Source: Alkalispirochaeta sp. (GTDB taxonomy: Bacteria; Spirochaetota; Spirochaetia; DSM-27196; Alkalispirochaetaceae). From it: 64,000 nt of DNA. Within the stretch, counting starts at the first letter, position 1, and the number at the start of each line of letters is the position of its first letter. Shown piece after piece: positions 29,393 to 40,379 of the stretch. Both the position numbers and the translations under genes were made by a program. The stretch spans positions 2,272,001 to 2,336,000 of the forward strand of contig OZ271854.1 in assembly GCA_965601925.1 (NCBI GenBank), in the 5' to 3' direction. The notes under the pieces are model-generated. The model worked only from the letters and a program-made list of their open reading frames with translations. It was not told the origin of the DNA and made no database searches.

Positions 29393-32300
29393 TCACCGAC
29401 GAAACTCCCGCATGTAGGCGTTGAGCGCTTCCAACGCCCTCTCGTAGTCGAACGCCTCTATCAGGGTGCCTATCTCGTTGAGTTTTGGAGACGAACGATC
29501 TCGGTGGTGATCGAGGAACTCCTGGTACAGATCAAGGGCGGCAAAGCGCCGAAATTCGAGTGCGGTACGTACTCGCTCCAAGTACTCGCCCGCCGGCGTG
29601 ACGGTCTCGGACCGAGCGGCACGTTCCTCTTCGACCCGCGACGTCTCATCTCCGTGCTCCGGCTCGACGTCGCCGGCGACGACGCGGAGGGCGGCGTCGA
29701 ACTCGTCGAGAGTGTCCGACACGCGGACGTCATCATCGGGAAGCGTCTCATCATTGAGCGCACTCTCCAACGCCTGTGCGCGCGAGCTCAACTCCCGGGC
29801 TCCGATCGCGCTTGCCGCGCCCTTGATTCCGTGGACCACGATCATAGCCTCGGTCCTTCGCCCCTCAGCGAGGTGCTTTTTCACTTTGGCGGCCGCGCCT
29901 CGTGAACGCTTACGAAAATCGTCAACGATACGGAGAAACCGCTCTCGTTTCCCCACGAAACGGCGCAACGCATCGTCCATATCGATGCCCGGCCTCCGAG
30001 GGAGCGGTGCGTCTTCTCTCTCCGCATCCCCGGGCGGATCGCCCGTCGCGCTTAACGCGACGGAACGTGGAGACGCGACCAGATATTTCGCAAGAACGGT
30101 GCGTAATACACCGGGATCGATCGGCTTGGAGATGTAGTCGTCCATGCCCGCGGCCAGGCACGCTTCTCGATCGCCGCCCATCGCCTGGGCCGTCATCGCG
30201 ATAATCGGAAGCGTCTCAAAGCGCGCATCACCGCGGATTCTCCGGGTCGCCTCGATACCGTTCAGTACCGGCATACGCACATCCATCAGGACCGCGTCGT
30301 ACTGGTGCACACTGAGCTCGGCAATCGCTTCCTCCCCGTTTCCTACGACTTCTACGGCGATGCCGAGATCGCTCAACAGTTCAATGGCGACCTGTTGGTT
30401 TATGGCGTTGTCCTCTACGACCAACACCGAGCGACCGATCAGTTCGGGTTCCTTGTCGGCCGAATCGGCGGTATCGCCCGAGTAGTCGTCGTCGGTTCCC
30501 GCGTCTTGATCGCCGTACAGCGCCGCCAACAGCGCCTCAAAGAGCGTCGATTGATGGACCGGTTTTGCCAAATATGCGTCGATGCCGGCGTCGCGGGATC
30601 GTTCGCGCAGCTCTTCCAAGTCATACGCGGATACCATGACGACCGCCGGCGAATGGGCCGTACCGGAGCGGCGGACGTAGGTCACCAACTCGACGCCGTC
30701 CATATCGGGCATGTTCCAATCTACAACGAGAACGTCGTATGTGTGAGATCGCACCGCCTCGATCGCCTCGTGTGCCGACGGTACCCGATCGACAACGCAT
30801 CCGAAGGTTTCCAGATATCCCGTGAGAACATCCAGGACGGTCTCATTGTCGTCGACGACGAGGACGCGGATCGATTCAAGCGTCGCGCGTCCGGTATCGC
30901 TCTCCGGACGCACCACACTACGAAGCTTTTCGAACGGTAGCGTGACGGTAAACTCGCTCCCTATTCCGGCTTTGCTCTGGACGGAGATCGTGCCTTCCAT
31001 CAGTTGCGCCAGTCGCTGGCTGATCGCAAGACCCAGCCCCGTACCGCCGTAACGCTCGGAGATGGACGGGTCGGCTTGAGAGAACGAGGCAAACACCCGA
31101 TCCTGCTCTTCATCGGTCATGCCGATACCGGTGTCGGCAACGACGAATTGCAGTGTAATCGAGCGTTGCGTGTCGGTTGCGACGGCGGTGCGGACGACCA
31201 CACTGCCCCGTTCGGTGAACTTGATTCCGTTGCCCACCAAGTTAATGAGGATTTGACGAAGCCTCTGAGCGTCTCCGATCAACGTCTCCGGAATTTCCGG
31301 ATCGATGTCGAAAATCAGCTCGATCTTTTTAAACGCCGCCGGCGCCGCCAGTACGTCGGAGATGTCGGAGAATACATCCTCTATGCGAAACGGTCGCTCC
31401 TCGATCATGAGTTTGCCCGCCTCAATCTTGGAAAAGTCGAGGATGTCGTTGATGATGCCCAATAGGTGGTCGGCGGAACTGCGGATCTTACGAGTGTAGT
31501 CCGTCTGTATGTTTGAGAGCGTCGTCCGGGAGAGTAAGGTCAGCATACCGCGTATCCCGTTCATCGGCGTACGAATCTCGTGGCTCATGCGGGCCAGAAA
31601 CTCGCTCTTCGACAGCGTAGCCGCCTCGGCGATCGAACGTGCTCGTTCGGCGTCATCCCTTTGTCTTTGCAGATTGTCGCGGGCGATTTCCAGCTCCACG
31701 GTCCGCTCGCTCACACGACGCTCGAGCATCGCGTTGTGTTCCCGTATCTGACCGTATAGCCGTGCGTTTTCAAGCGATACCACGACGGTCGATGAGAGCG
31801 TGCGCAGGACCTCGAGGCGATCCCGCGAGAAGGCGCCGGTCATAGCGTGATTCTCGAGATACAGCACCGCCCTTACGCGGCCCGCATTCACCAACGGGAG
31901 ACACAACACCGACTTCGTATCGGTGCGAAGGAAGTATTGCGGATCCACGTCGATGTGCGCTGTCGCGTCGTCGTAAATCGTCGCCGCGCGCGTATCGATC
32001 ACTGCGTTCACCAATGTCAGCGGCAGCGAATCGATTTCGTCCAACGCTTCGTGCATGAGTACCGCCGTTTCGGTCCCGTCGGCCGATGCCTCACACCGGA
32101 ACACGCCGTCGGTTTCCAACAAGACCACGGCTCGATCGGCGCCGGCGTTCTCCATGACGACGGCGACGATTCGGCGTAAGAGCTGGGCGAGATCGATCTC
32201 ACCGGCGATGACGCGCGACGCTTTTAGGATGGACGACAGGTCGACCTCGGAGTCCGTGGTGTGCGACGATTCCGTGCCGAGGATGCGTTCGGTGACCTGC

Positions 32301-35300
32301 GGTGTTCGCTCTGTATAGTACGATTCTACATGCAGGACGACACCGCGCGCTCCCCACAGTGTGTAGTGGCGTATCGCGCGGGACAAGTACACCTCCGCAA
32401 TCGCCGTTGCGCCGCGCTCGGCATAGAAGCGTGCGGCGCGTTCCTCCACAACCGCCTTCACGCGTAACGCCTCGCAGCCGGCCGCCGCCTCGACCGCCTC
32501 CGTGTAGCGACCGGCGGCATCGGCGGTACGGTCGCGGACGCGGGCGATTTCGGCCTCGACGAGCAGTTGTTGAGCGGCGTACATGGGTCGATTGAGCTCC
32601 GCAACGCGTGTAAGGCTACGACGCGCCGCGGCAAGGCGCTTCTGCGCACGACGTCTTTCACGTCCCGTAAGCATGGGAAGCGTCTCGGCGGCGGTAATGG
32701 CCGAATACAGCCAGAAATCGTGCATGAATAACGATCCGCGGACCGAGGAGATGGTGCGCTCGAATCGGTCGGCCGCCTCGCGAGCCGCATCCCAACGGTC
32801 GTATACCGTCGCGACCATCAGCTCATAGAGATGGATGATCGATACCCCGGAAAGGTACTGGGAAGCGTGAAACGCCCTGAGGGCCTCGGTGGGATCGAAC
32901 GCGTTCTCGCCCGTCGCCACAGTGTCCGGTCCGTCCCGAAAGCGTCGCCACATGTGCGACGCGGCGCGAGCGGTAACGGCAGCCTCGCTGAAGGCCGTCT
33001 TTTCGATCTCCGGTATGTACCGTTCCTGTTCGGAGAGGAGCAGGTCGATATCGAGTGTGGGATGCCATAGATTGACGTAGTAGTAGGAGTGCGCTCGGTA
33101 GAGAAACTCGCCCGCGCGCTCGCTGGCTTCGGCGGCGTGTAAAAACATCGGACGCAAATTGCTCCACGGCTCGAACCAGCCGGCGCCGAATATGGCGTGC
33201 AGTACCTGTACCGCTCCGCGCCACCGCAGATCGTGAAACCGAGTGTTGATTTCAAGCGCCAGACGACCGAAGTCGTAGGCGCCTTGCGGGTCGTTCAACT
33301 GCGCGAGAAAGAGCGAGTATCCCACGTAGGCGGTTGCCGACTCGGGAGTGTTACCGTGGTAGGCCGAGAGCCGAGTCGAGCGCAGTACGGCCCAACCGAA
33401 CAGTTCGGGGCGGCCCGACAGCACCGCCGGTGGGATAAAACCGGCCAAGAGCCGCAACGCAACGCGGAGGCGAGGGGAGACGATTTCAGGGAGTTTTGCC
33501 AGATCGTCGCGCGATCGGCGCCCGATTCGCGCTCGTACCGAGGCGAGTTCCAAGAGGAGATGTGTCATGTTGGGTCTTTTGGGGACTCGTATACCCAACT
33601 CGCGTAGGCCGGCTGTACCCGCATCGGTCGATTCGTGAAACATACGAAGGTACGCCAAATGGACGGCGCGCATCTCGTGGACCGTTGCGCGCTCGACCGT
33701 GGTGCGCGCATTGGTAAGGAGCCCACGGCACCAGTGCTCCGCGGCCTCAACATCGCGATTCACGTACGCCGCTGCTGCGGCTTCGAAGAACGCCCTATAG
33801 GTGCGCTCGTAGTAATCGCTCCACCCGCCCTTCTCAAGCAAACGCGCAGCGTCCTCGAACAAGCGATAGGCGCGGCCGAACGCGCTTGCTCCTCGGGCGC
33901 GGATTCCGGCCGCGTAGTGAAGTTCGGCAACTACGGGGCGCTCGGCTGCGGAGAGTTCGTCGTGGGCGTAATGAAAATGCTCCGCCAGCTCGTCGGCGCG
34001 CTCGATTCGTCCGGCGTCATCCAATGCGGCGTACAACGCCCGCGCGGCACGCAGGTGCCACTCTCGCCGCTCCCCATCCGAGCTCAGGGCGTGGAACGAT
34101 TGGTGAATACGATCGTGGGCGAATCGAAACGCGCCGTCGGGGGCTTGGTCGTCCGAGAAGAAGAGTGCGAAGCCGTCGGATACGGCGACGGCGATGCCGT
34201 TCTCCAACGCGTATCTGACCGCCGACCGAACCCGTTCCTCCTCGCCACCGAAGACGGCCAAAAGCGTAGATAGTTCTACGGTAGGTCCGAGTAAGCCGGC
34301 GACTTGCAGGACCGTCCGCATCGATTCGGGGATGCTACGACTACGCTCTATAAGCAGATCGGCCACGTTTTCGCTGACCGGTATATCGGCGATCGCCTCT
34401 ATGTCCCACCGCCATCGTCCCGCTTCATAGTCGTAGTGGAGGCGTTCGGTGCGGGTGAGCTCTCCGATCAACGTGCGGAGAAAGAGCGGATTGCCCGCGG
34501 TTTTCCGGACGAGCGTGCGCGCTAAGCGGGAAATGTCGTCGTGCATTCCGGAGAAAAGATCCGAAAGCATCTCTGCCACGGCAGTCTCTTCGAGTGCGCC
34601 GATCGATATTTCCGTTACCGAAAGCGTACTCTCGACACGGCTGAGCATCGCACGAAATGGTGAGGTGTCGTCGACCTCATCGTCGCGATGGGCGCAGATT
34701 ATCAGGGTGTTGGGCGGTGTGCCGGTCGTTACGAGGCGCTCCAACACCGCAATATCCTCGCCATTCATTCGCTGCACGTCGTCGAGGTAGAGAACCAACG
34801 GTCGTTCGGCGTCGAACAGTGCGCGAAAAAGGGACGAGATCGCATTCTGAAAGCGATCTCGTGTCTCCGCCGGAGTCAGCGACTCCAACGGTTCCTGCGA
34901 CCCGATGATGCGTTCCATGGAAGGTGCGACGGCGTGAATAAAGGGTGCATTATCTCCTATCGCGCGACGCAGAGATCGCCGCCATTCCTCTCCGGCTACG
35001 GACGATCGGGATGCAATGTACTCCACGACACCGTCGATTGCCTGTACGACCGCTTGGTACGGGGTGCTGTTGTAGTATTGGTCGTATTTGCCCTCCACGA
35101 ATAAGGCGCCGGCATCCTCGATGAATCGTCTTTGCCGCTCGATCAACGCCGTCTTGCCGATGCCCGCGGGACCGGAGACGACCATGAGTTGGCGTCGCCC
35201 GGCGGCGGCGCGCTGAAAGACCTCTCGTATCCGCCGCGTATGCTCGTCCCGGCCGTATGAGGTCCGCAACACGGCGACGGTATCGCGAACATCCTGTACT

Positions 35301-36172
35301 CCCAAGGAGAACGGCTCCTCGACACGTTCGTGGTATCGACGTCGACACATCGCGACATCGAACTCCAAGCCTGCGGCCGTTCGGTAACGCTTCCCGGGCT
35401 CTTTTTCCAACAGTCTGTGGACTACGGCGGCAAACATTGCCGGCACGACGACGTCCCGACTCGCACCGACGGATATGAGGTCCTCGGGGACGACGGTCAT
35501 AACGGCGTGGAGCATTGCCGGTACGTCGTCGGCGGTAAGGGGTGCGCGTCCGGCCACCAATGCGTACATCGTCGCGCCGCACGAGTAGAGATCGCTCGCC
35601 TGACTGATCGCACCGGAGGCGCGTCCCGTCCTCTCCGGCGCCGAGTACGGTATTGCCGACACCGCCGGAGGCTCGACGTAATCGGCCGATTGCTGATCCG
35701 ACAAAAGTCGCGAGGACTCACAATCGACGAGATGGAGCCGCCGTGCGTCGACATCCCACAGGAGGTGCTCCGGACGAATATCACAATGGAGTACGCTGCG
35801 CTCGTGCATCGCCGCCACGATACGTGCAAGTTGAATCGAGATCTCGAAGATGTAATCCCACCTCAAGGCGGGACCCGCGATATACTCGGCGAGTGGTCGA
35901 CCGGGGACGTCGCGCATTTCGATAAACAGCGTACTCCCGGCATCTTCGACGCGATACGGCGCGGGAACCGCTACATCCGCCGAGGCCAAGACGTGGAGAA
36001 GTCGATACTCCTCGCGCAGTCGACGTACCGTCTCCGTAGATAGTGTGGCTGAGCGTACGACTTTGAAGAGCGACCGCCGATTGGTCGACCGGTCGGTTCC
36101 TCGTACCAGCTGCGTTCGATCGGTGTGAACTAACGTCTCGGTGACCGAAATAGGGCCGATCGTTTCAGGCAC
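29393..36172 (-). CDS. Giant hybrid sensor: degenerate Ser/Thr kinase - AAA/STAND ATPase - helical repeats - GAF - HisKA/HATPase - REC - REC - Hpt
   Basis: HCDIRPEH, YSAPERTGR, SDLYSCG; GPAGIGKT, LYLDDVQ, TAGNPLF, FAHDRI; LYLEN; MSHEIRTPMNG, NLVGNGIKFT, GGTGLGL; DWNMP and DVRMP; HGIKGAA. Confidence 0.95.
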   Translation of the reverse strand: MPETIGPISVTETLVHTDRTQLVRGTDRSTNRRSLFKVVRSATLSTETVRRLREEYRLLHVLASADVAVPAPYRVEDAGSTLFIEMRDVPGRPLAEYIAGPALRWDYIFEISIQLARIVAAMHERSVLHCDIRPEHLLWDVDARRLHLVDCESSRLLSDQQSADYVEPPAVSAIPYSAPERTGRASGAISQASDLYSCGATMYALVAGRAPLTADDVPAMLHAVMTVVPEDLISVGASRDVVVPAMFAAVVHRLLEKEPGKRYRTAAGLEFDVAMCRRRYHERVEEPFSLGVQDVRDTVAVLRTSYGRDEHTRRIREVFQRAAAGRRQLMVVSGPAGIGKTALIERQRRFIEDAGALFVEGKYDQYYNSTPYQAVVQAIDGVVEYIASRSSVAGEEWRRSLRRAIGDNAPFIHAVAPSMERIIGSQEPLESLTPAETRDRFQNAISSLFRALFDAERPLVLYLDDVQRMNGEDIAVLERLVTTGTPPNTLIICAHRDDEVDDTSPFRAMLSRVESTLSVTEISIGALEETAVAEMLSDLFSGMHDDISRLARTLVRKTAGNPLFLRTLIGELTRTERLHYDYEAGRWRWDIEAIADIPVSENVADLLIERSRSIPESMRTVLQVAGLLGPTVELSTLLAVFGGEEERVRSAVRYALENGIAVAVSDGFALFFSDDQAPDGAFRFAHDRIHQSFHALSSDGERREWHLRAARALYAALDDAGRIERADELAEHFHYAHDELSAAERPVVAELHYAAGIRARGASAFGRAYRLFEDAARLLEKGGWSDYYERTYRAFFEAAAAAYVNRDVEAAEHWCRGLLTNARTTVERATVHEMRAVHLAYLRMFHESTDAGTAGLRELGIRVPKRPNMTHLLLELASVRARIGRRSRDDLAKLPEIVSPRLRVALRLLAGFIPPAVLSGRPELFGWAVLRSTRLSAYHGNTPESATAYVGYSLFLAQLNDPQGAYDFGRLALEINTRFHDLRWRGAVQVLHAIFGAGWFEPWSNLRPMFLHAAEASERAGEFLYRAHSYYYVNLWHPTLDIDLLLSEQERYIPEIEKTAFSEAAVTARAASHMWRRFRDGPDTVATGENAFDPTEALRAFHASQYLSGVSIIHLYELMVATVYDRWDAAREAADRFERTISSVRGSLFMHDFWLYSAITAAETLPMLTGRERRRAQKRLAAARRSLTRVAELNRPMYAAQQLLVEAEIARVRDRTADAAGRYTEAVEAAAGCEALRVKAVVEERAARFYAERGATAIAEVYLSRAIRHYTLWGARGVVLHVESYYTERTPQVTERILGTESSHTTDSEVDLSSILKASRVIAGEIDLAQLLRRIVAVVMENAGADRAVVLLETDGVFRCEASADGTETAVLMHEALDEIDSLPLTLVNAVIDTRAATIYDDATAHIDVDPQYFLRTDTKSVLCLPLVNAGRVRAVLYLENHAMTGAFSRDRLEVLRTLSSTVVVSLENARLYGQIREHNAMLERRVSERTVELEIARDNLQRQRDDAERARSIAEAATLSKSEFLARMSHEIRTPMNGIRGMLTLLSRTTLSNIQTDYTRKIRSSADHLLGIINDILDFSKIEAGKLMIEERPFRIEDVFSDISDVLAAPAAFKKIELIFDIDPEIPETLIGDAQRLRQILINLVGNGIKFTERGSVVVRTAVATDTQRSITLQFVVADTGIGMTDEEQDRVFASFSQADPSISERYGGTGLGLAISQRLAQLMEGTISVQSKAGIGSEFTVTLPFEKLRSVVRPESDTGRATLESIRVLVVDDNETVLDVLTGYLETFGCVVDRVPSAHEAIEAVRSHTYDVLVVDWNMPDMDGVELVTYVRRSGTAHSPAVVMVSAYDLEELRERSRDAGIDAYLAKPVHQSTLFEALLAALYGDQDAGTDDDYSGDTADSADKEPELIGRSVLVVEDNAINQQVAIELLSDLGIAVEVVGNGEEAIAELSVHQYDAVLMDVRMPVLNGIEATRRIRGDARFETLPIIAMTAQAMGGDREACLAAGMDDYISKPIDPGVLRTVLAKYLVASPRSVALSATGDPPGDAEREDAPLPRRPGIDMDDALRRFVGKRERFLRIVDDFRKRSRGAAAKVKKHLAEGRRTEAMIVVHGIKGAASAIGARELSSRAQALESALNDETLPDDDVRVSDTLDEFDAALRVVAGDVEPEHGDETSRVEEERAARSETVTPAGEYLERVRTALEFRRFAALDLYQEFLDHHRDRSSPKLNEIGTLIEAFDYERALEALNAYMREFRR

Positions 36173-36181
36173 GGTTGAACC

Positions 36182-37393
36182 CTACCGCGTCTCGTCGAGT
36201 CGATGCACATCTATATCGGGAGAAAAGTTGAAGAGGTACGCCGCAATGAGCCACAGAATCCAACAGTTCACGCCGAAGAGAATATACCCGAAGTATCCGA
36301 GGAGGGGCATCTCGGAGAAGATGTGGATTACATCTACGTACGGAACCGAGTACTTCCAGTAGTTGGGATTGGTCGGGATATCGTTATGAAACCATTCGCT
36401 GCCGAAGTTCCACAGCTCCCAAAAAAACCCGTTGCAGAGAGTGGCCAGCCCCACGAGACTGACTCGCGACCAATCGCCGCTCCCGGAGATATCGCTCATC
36501 GGCGTCCAGTAGCCGGCGATAGACAACGCCGATCCCAACAGCGGAATCAGCGCTACCCATACCCCCCAGAACAATAGAAAGGGGAAATACCCCATCCCGA
36601 ACGACAGAGCGCCGGCCAGGATGTAGGCGATCCACAACGCCCACTTGGGGAGTGCTACGCGCGGTCCTCGACTGTAACGCGCGTCCAAGGACGGAACCGT
36701 TCGCAGTAGTGAGTACCACTCGAAAATCGCCGGCAGGACCGTCGTGTACGAGGCGGCAAAGAGGACGATGTTACCGAAGTTGGAGAATACTTCGTTGTTG
36801 GGATAGTACCAGTTCTCCAGTACAAAAAAGTTCAGAAACTCGAATGAGAACCAACTCATGCATGAGACGACGGCTAAAAGCTTCATCGTATCCGGCCGCG
36901 TTGCGACCAGCGATGCGCCTCCCGTTCTGCGATACACCAACCCGTCCAGCACCAGGACGAACGACCACCACAGCGGCACAAACGTGTAATGAGCTATCTC
37001 GAAAAAGATGCGGGGACGCGCCCAGGTGAAGAACCAACTCGCAATGAACAACGGTAGCGCGGCCCAGAACCATACCGGCAGGCGCGCGGGGTTCGGTCGC
37101 GACCGCTTCTCGACCCGCTTGAAGCCGAACAGGCGCGGCACGCTCAGAAAGATCGCCATAATGAGTGCGACCGATGCGAGAAAGATGAAGTACGGCCGGC
37201 TAAATCCGGGAGTGTCTGTGACCTTTTGTGCCGGAAACAGTCCGTATCCGGGGATCGATCCGCTCCATCGAATCGCACTCCCAATCCACGGAAGAATGAA
37301 TACCAAGATGGTGGTAACGATCAAAAACCACCGTTTTCGTCCGATGTCCCAAGGGTGCGGGTTCATGTCCCGCGATACATTTTTTACCGACAT
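36182..37393 (-). CDS. Polytopic membrane protein of unknown function
   Basis: 403 aa, about 10 TM, Trp-rich; motifs FEFLN..NWYYP, FWELWN..YWKYSVP, EMPLLGYFGY. Confidence 0.85.
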   Translation of the reverse strand: MSVKNVSRDMNPHPWDIGRKRWFLIVTTILVFILPWIGSAIRWSGSIPGYGLFPAQKVTDTPGFSRPYFIFLASVALIMAIFLSVPRLFGFKRVEKRSRPNPARLPVWFWAALPLFIASWFFTWARPRIFFEIAHYTFVPLWWSFVLVLDGLVYRRTGGASLVATRPDTMKLLAVVSCMSWFSFEFLNFFVLENWYYPNNEVFSNFGNIVLFAASYTTVLPAIFEWYSLLRTVPSLDARYSRGPRVALPKWALWIAYILAGALSFGMGYFPFLLFWGVWVALIPLLGSALSIAGYWTPMSDISGSGDWSRVSLVGLATLCNGFFWELWNFGSEWFHNDIPTNPNYWKYSVPYVDVIHIFSEMPLLGYFGYILFGVNCWILWLIAAYLFNFSPDIDVHRLDETR

Positions 37394-37477
37394 TTGATAA
37401 TAGTATTACCGACCAGCCGTCCTGAAGACAATCATTTTTTCACACGCGTTTGTCGATTACTCACATTTCATGACGCC

Positions 37478-38251
37478 TCATCGCTCGACCGGTTGGTCAC
37501 GGAGTGTTCTCAGCACGAGTCGCGCCGCCTCTACCCAGTCACCGTCCATCTCCTGCAGACTCCGTTGCTTGAGGTTCTCTTTCATGACCCATAGTACGTC
37601 GGGGTCGTTGCAGGTGAGCCAACGAGCCATCGTTTTTTTTCCGGCGGCCGGGTGCGCGGCCACGGCGACGCTCCAGCATCGGGCGAGACTTTTACGCAAC
37701 GTCTTGAAGTCGTCCCCGCGACGGTGTTCCACGGCGTATAACGCTTCGGTCACCCGATCGAGAACGGCGAGTACTTTGTCGACCTCGTGCGCTCTGCCCA
37801 GCAGTCGTCGCTCGCACAGTGCTTCGATCGCCGCCCGTTGTTCCCACAGAGTTCCCTCGGCCCACTTCACCATCTCGTGCGACAACGCGCTCATGTCATA
37901 CTCGCCCCAACGGTGTAACGATGCCGGGACGGCGTCGCGTATCAACGCCCGCTCGTCGGCGGCGTAAAGGCGGAGTCGCGGCAATGCGTCCCGCCGGCCG
38001 TCCACGAGCATCGACCCCAGACCCAGGACGCCGCAGAACGCCAGAAACTCCTCGGGCGAGCCCTCCGGAGCCGTTTCGCGGTTGAAAGAGAGAAGGCGTT
38101 CGAAGAGTGGGGCGTCACCCTCATCGGCTACGGCGCCGGCGAGTTCCATGTTGACGCTTCCGTCGGCGCGCCTCGACTCCTGCACGAGAAACGCGTCCCA
38201 ATGATCGAGCTCCTTCAGCCGCTCTCGATACGCATGCTTTTTCTTTTTCAT
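37478..38251 (-). CDS. All-alpha HEAT/ARM-repeat-like protein (resembles DNA alkylation repair family)
   Basis: EFLAFCGVLGLG, LRKSLARCWSVAVAA, DPDVLWVMKENLK; helical pattern; function not assignable. Confidence 0.7.
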   Translation of the reverse strand: MKKKKHAYRERLKELDHWDAFLVQESRRADGSVNMELAGAVADEGDAPLFERLLSFNRETAPEGSPEEFLAFCGVLGLGSMLVDGRRDALPRLRLYAADERALIRDAVPASLHRWGEYDMSALSHEMVKWAEGTLWEQRAAIEALCERRLLGRAHEVDKVLAVLDRVTEALYAVEHRRGDDFKTLRKSLARCWSVAVAAHPAAGKKTMARWLTCNDPDVLWVMKENLKQRSLQEMDGDWVEAARLVLRTLRDQPVER

Positions 38252-38420
38252 ACCTGGTTACGGTCAGTATTATCGCGCTTTCGTCGATACGCCAAGGATT
38301 TATCGCAAAAGAACCGGCCGATCATCCGAATATCGATGGAAGTCCGTCGTGAAAACGTGCTCACCATCGGTTTCGGGGCGCGTCCGGCGCCGCATGAGGT
38401 TTCGAGTCGGCTCACGGAGT

Positions 38421-38451
38421 ATCCGACGGGCCGAATGGTGACCCGTCGGAT
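38421..38451 (-). terminator. Stem-loop directly after the MCP stop
   Basis: ATCCGACGGG-N11-CCCGTCGGAT; no clear U tract. Confidence 0.55.
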
Positions 38452-38454
38452 CGG

Positions 38455-40260
38455 TTATTCGGTCTCGTCGACCCGAAACTTCTCCAGATTTTCCTGGAGC
38501 GTCTCTACGTTTTCCTTGGTAGAGCGACCGATCGATAGGACCTGATCGAGGGATTGCGCGATCTCTTGCGAGCGCGTCCCGATCTTCCCCAGATCGCGTA
38601 AGGTGTCGCCGGAGATGTCTTTTACCCGCAGGAGCGATGCGCTTATCTCGCGCGCGCCCGACTGCATCTCTTCCGATCCTCCGCGGATTTGCTCGGTGAT
38701 TTGCACCAGGTCGGTCGCGGAACGGAGTATCTCCTGACTTCCGTGGGAGAGCTCCTCGTTGCTGCCGGATATCTCCTGAAACGCCTCGGCGACGCCGCGT
38801 ACCCCTTCGCTGATACGGCCGAAGGCGTCGCCGCTCTCGACACTCGCATTCTGCGCCTGGTTGATTGCCTGCACGACCTCCGACAGCGTCGAAGAGATCG
38901 TACTCGAGTTCTGTGCGGTCGATTCGGCGAGCTTTCGTATCTCATCGGCGACGACCGCAAACCCGCGCCCCGCGTCACCGGCGTGCGCGGCCTCGATCGC
39001 CGCGTTCATGGACAACAGGTTGGTTTGCGACGCGATGCTATTGATGACCGAGATCATCTCCAGGATGCCGTCGACCGAACGGCTGATCGCCTCGATGTGA
39101 TCATTGGCAGTCCCCAGTTTCTCGCCGCCGCTTTGAGTCAGGGAAACTAGGTCTTGCGCCGCCGTACGTTTTGCTTGAGCGATACTCGACACGCTCTGAA
39201 TTGAGCTTGCCATCTGCTCAACCGCGGCGGATGTCGTCCGAATCGCGTTGGACTGATCTTCGATCCGCTTCACCAGCGACGATATGTTGGCCAGAATCTC
39301 TTCGGTCGCCGCCGAGGAGGAGGCGAGACTCTCGTCGAGTTCGGTGAACTGCGAGTTGATCGACTTGATGTTCGTATCGATCTCCGTCACCGCAGAAGAG
39401 AACGATTCGGTCTGCTCGCGTAACTTGTCGCTGGACCGCACCGTGCCGTCCGACGACGCCTTAACATTGATAATCAGGTCGCGGAGATTCTCGATCGCCC
39501 GATCGAAATCCGAGGCGAGTATGCCCAGCTCGTCGTTCCGGTTCATCGCGACCGACCGCGTCAGATCGCCTTGGGCGACGACGCCGGTGACGCCCAGAAT
39601 CTGGGCGAGGGGACGCGTAATGAATCGCGAGGTAATCGTCGAGAGAAAGATCGCGATAAACAGACCGACACTGCCGATGACCGAAAAGACCACGATGGAT
39701 CGCATGATGAGACCGTTGAGGTTGGCGTTCGTCACCGTGACGAACTCCTGCATACGATCGTCTATCTCGTTGAACGCTTGAATCGCCGGCCCGTCGCTGA
39801 TTCTGATCGCGGTGTCCACCTCATTCGTCGTCGCCCCTTGGGCAAAGAGTCTCTGCGCGGTCTCGAAGGCGGCGACGTACTCCTGGATAGTACTCTCGAT
39901 CGTACTCAAGGCTTCCATTTCCGCCTGCGTCACGCCTTCGTTCAATCGGTACGCTCGGATCGACTCTCTGAATTGCGAGAATGAGTTTGCGCCGCGATCG
40001 ACATATTGCGCTTCGTTTCTTATAACGTAGTTTTTGAAGTGGTGGATAGCTCCGCCGTATCCGAGAGCCGAGCGCATATCCAACAGCAGTTCGCGCCGCT
40101 GCTCCACGGTCTGTAGATCGGTCCAGTACTGCAGGAGTTCCTGCTCGAACCAGAAGATTCCTCCGCCCATTCCCAGAATTACCGCCGTGTTGACTATGAC
40201 GAGAAAGATGAGTCGTCCTCGTACGGTAGCGCCACGTTTCTTAGACCGTGTTGTATCCAT
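38455..40260 (-). CDS. Methyl-accepting chemotaxis protein (2 TM, four-helix sensor, HAMP)
   Basis: [43 protein letters not shown]...DELG. Confidence 0.97.
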   Translation of the reverse strand: MDTTRSKKRGATVRGRLIFLVIVNTAVILGMGGGIFWFEQELLQYWTDLQTVEQRRELLLDMRSALGYGGAIHHFKNYVIRNEAQYVDRGANSFSQFRESIRAYRLNEGVTQAEMEALSTIESTIQEYVAAFETAQRLFAQGATTNEVDTAIRISDGPAIQAFNEIDDRMQEFVTVTNANLNGLIMRSIVVFSVIGSVGLFIAIFLSTITSRFITRPLAQILGVTGVVAQGDLTRSVAMNRNDELGILASDFDRAIENLRDLIINVKASSDGTVRSSDKLREQTESFSSAVTEIDTNIKSINSQFTELDESLASSSAATEEILANISSLVKRIEDQSNAIRTTSAAVEQMASSIQSVSSIAQAKRTAAQDLVSLTQSGGEKLGTANDHIEAISRSVDGILEMISVINSIASQTNLLSMNAAIEAAHAGDAGRGFAVVADEIRKLAESTAQNSSTISSTLSEVVQAINQAQNASVESGDAFGRISEGVRGVAEAFQEISGSNEELSHGSQEILRSATDLVQITEQIRGGSEEMQSGAREISASLLRVKDISGDTLRDLGKIGTRSQEIAQSLDQVLSIGRSTKENVETLQENLEKFRVDETE

Positions 40261-40379
40261 AATTTTCCCGTTTCTTAACTATACCGATCTTTCTCCGCAA
40301 GTCAAATCGTCAGGACGCACACTATGCACGGCGATTGTTGGCGTTTCGTTAGCGTCTTGTGCGGCTCGATGCGCCGCGT

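Noticed and set aside
29393..36172. STAND ATPase as an Avs/NLR anti-phage system
   Set aside because: Its output is a His-kinase phosphorelay next to a DGC, with no nuclease, TIR, SIR2 or other effector domain.
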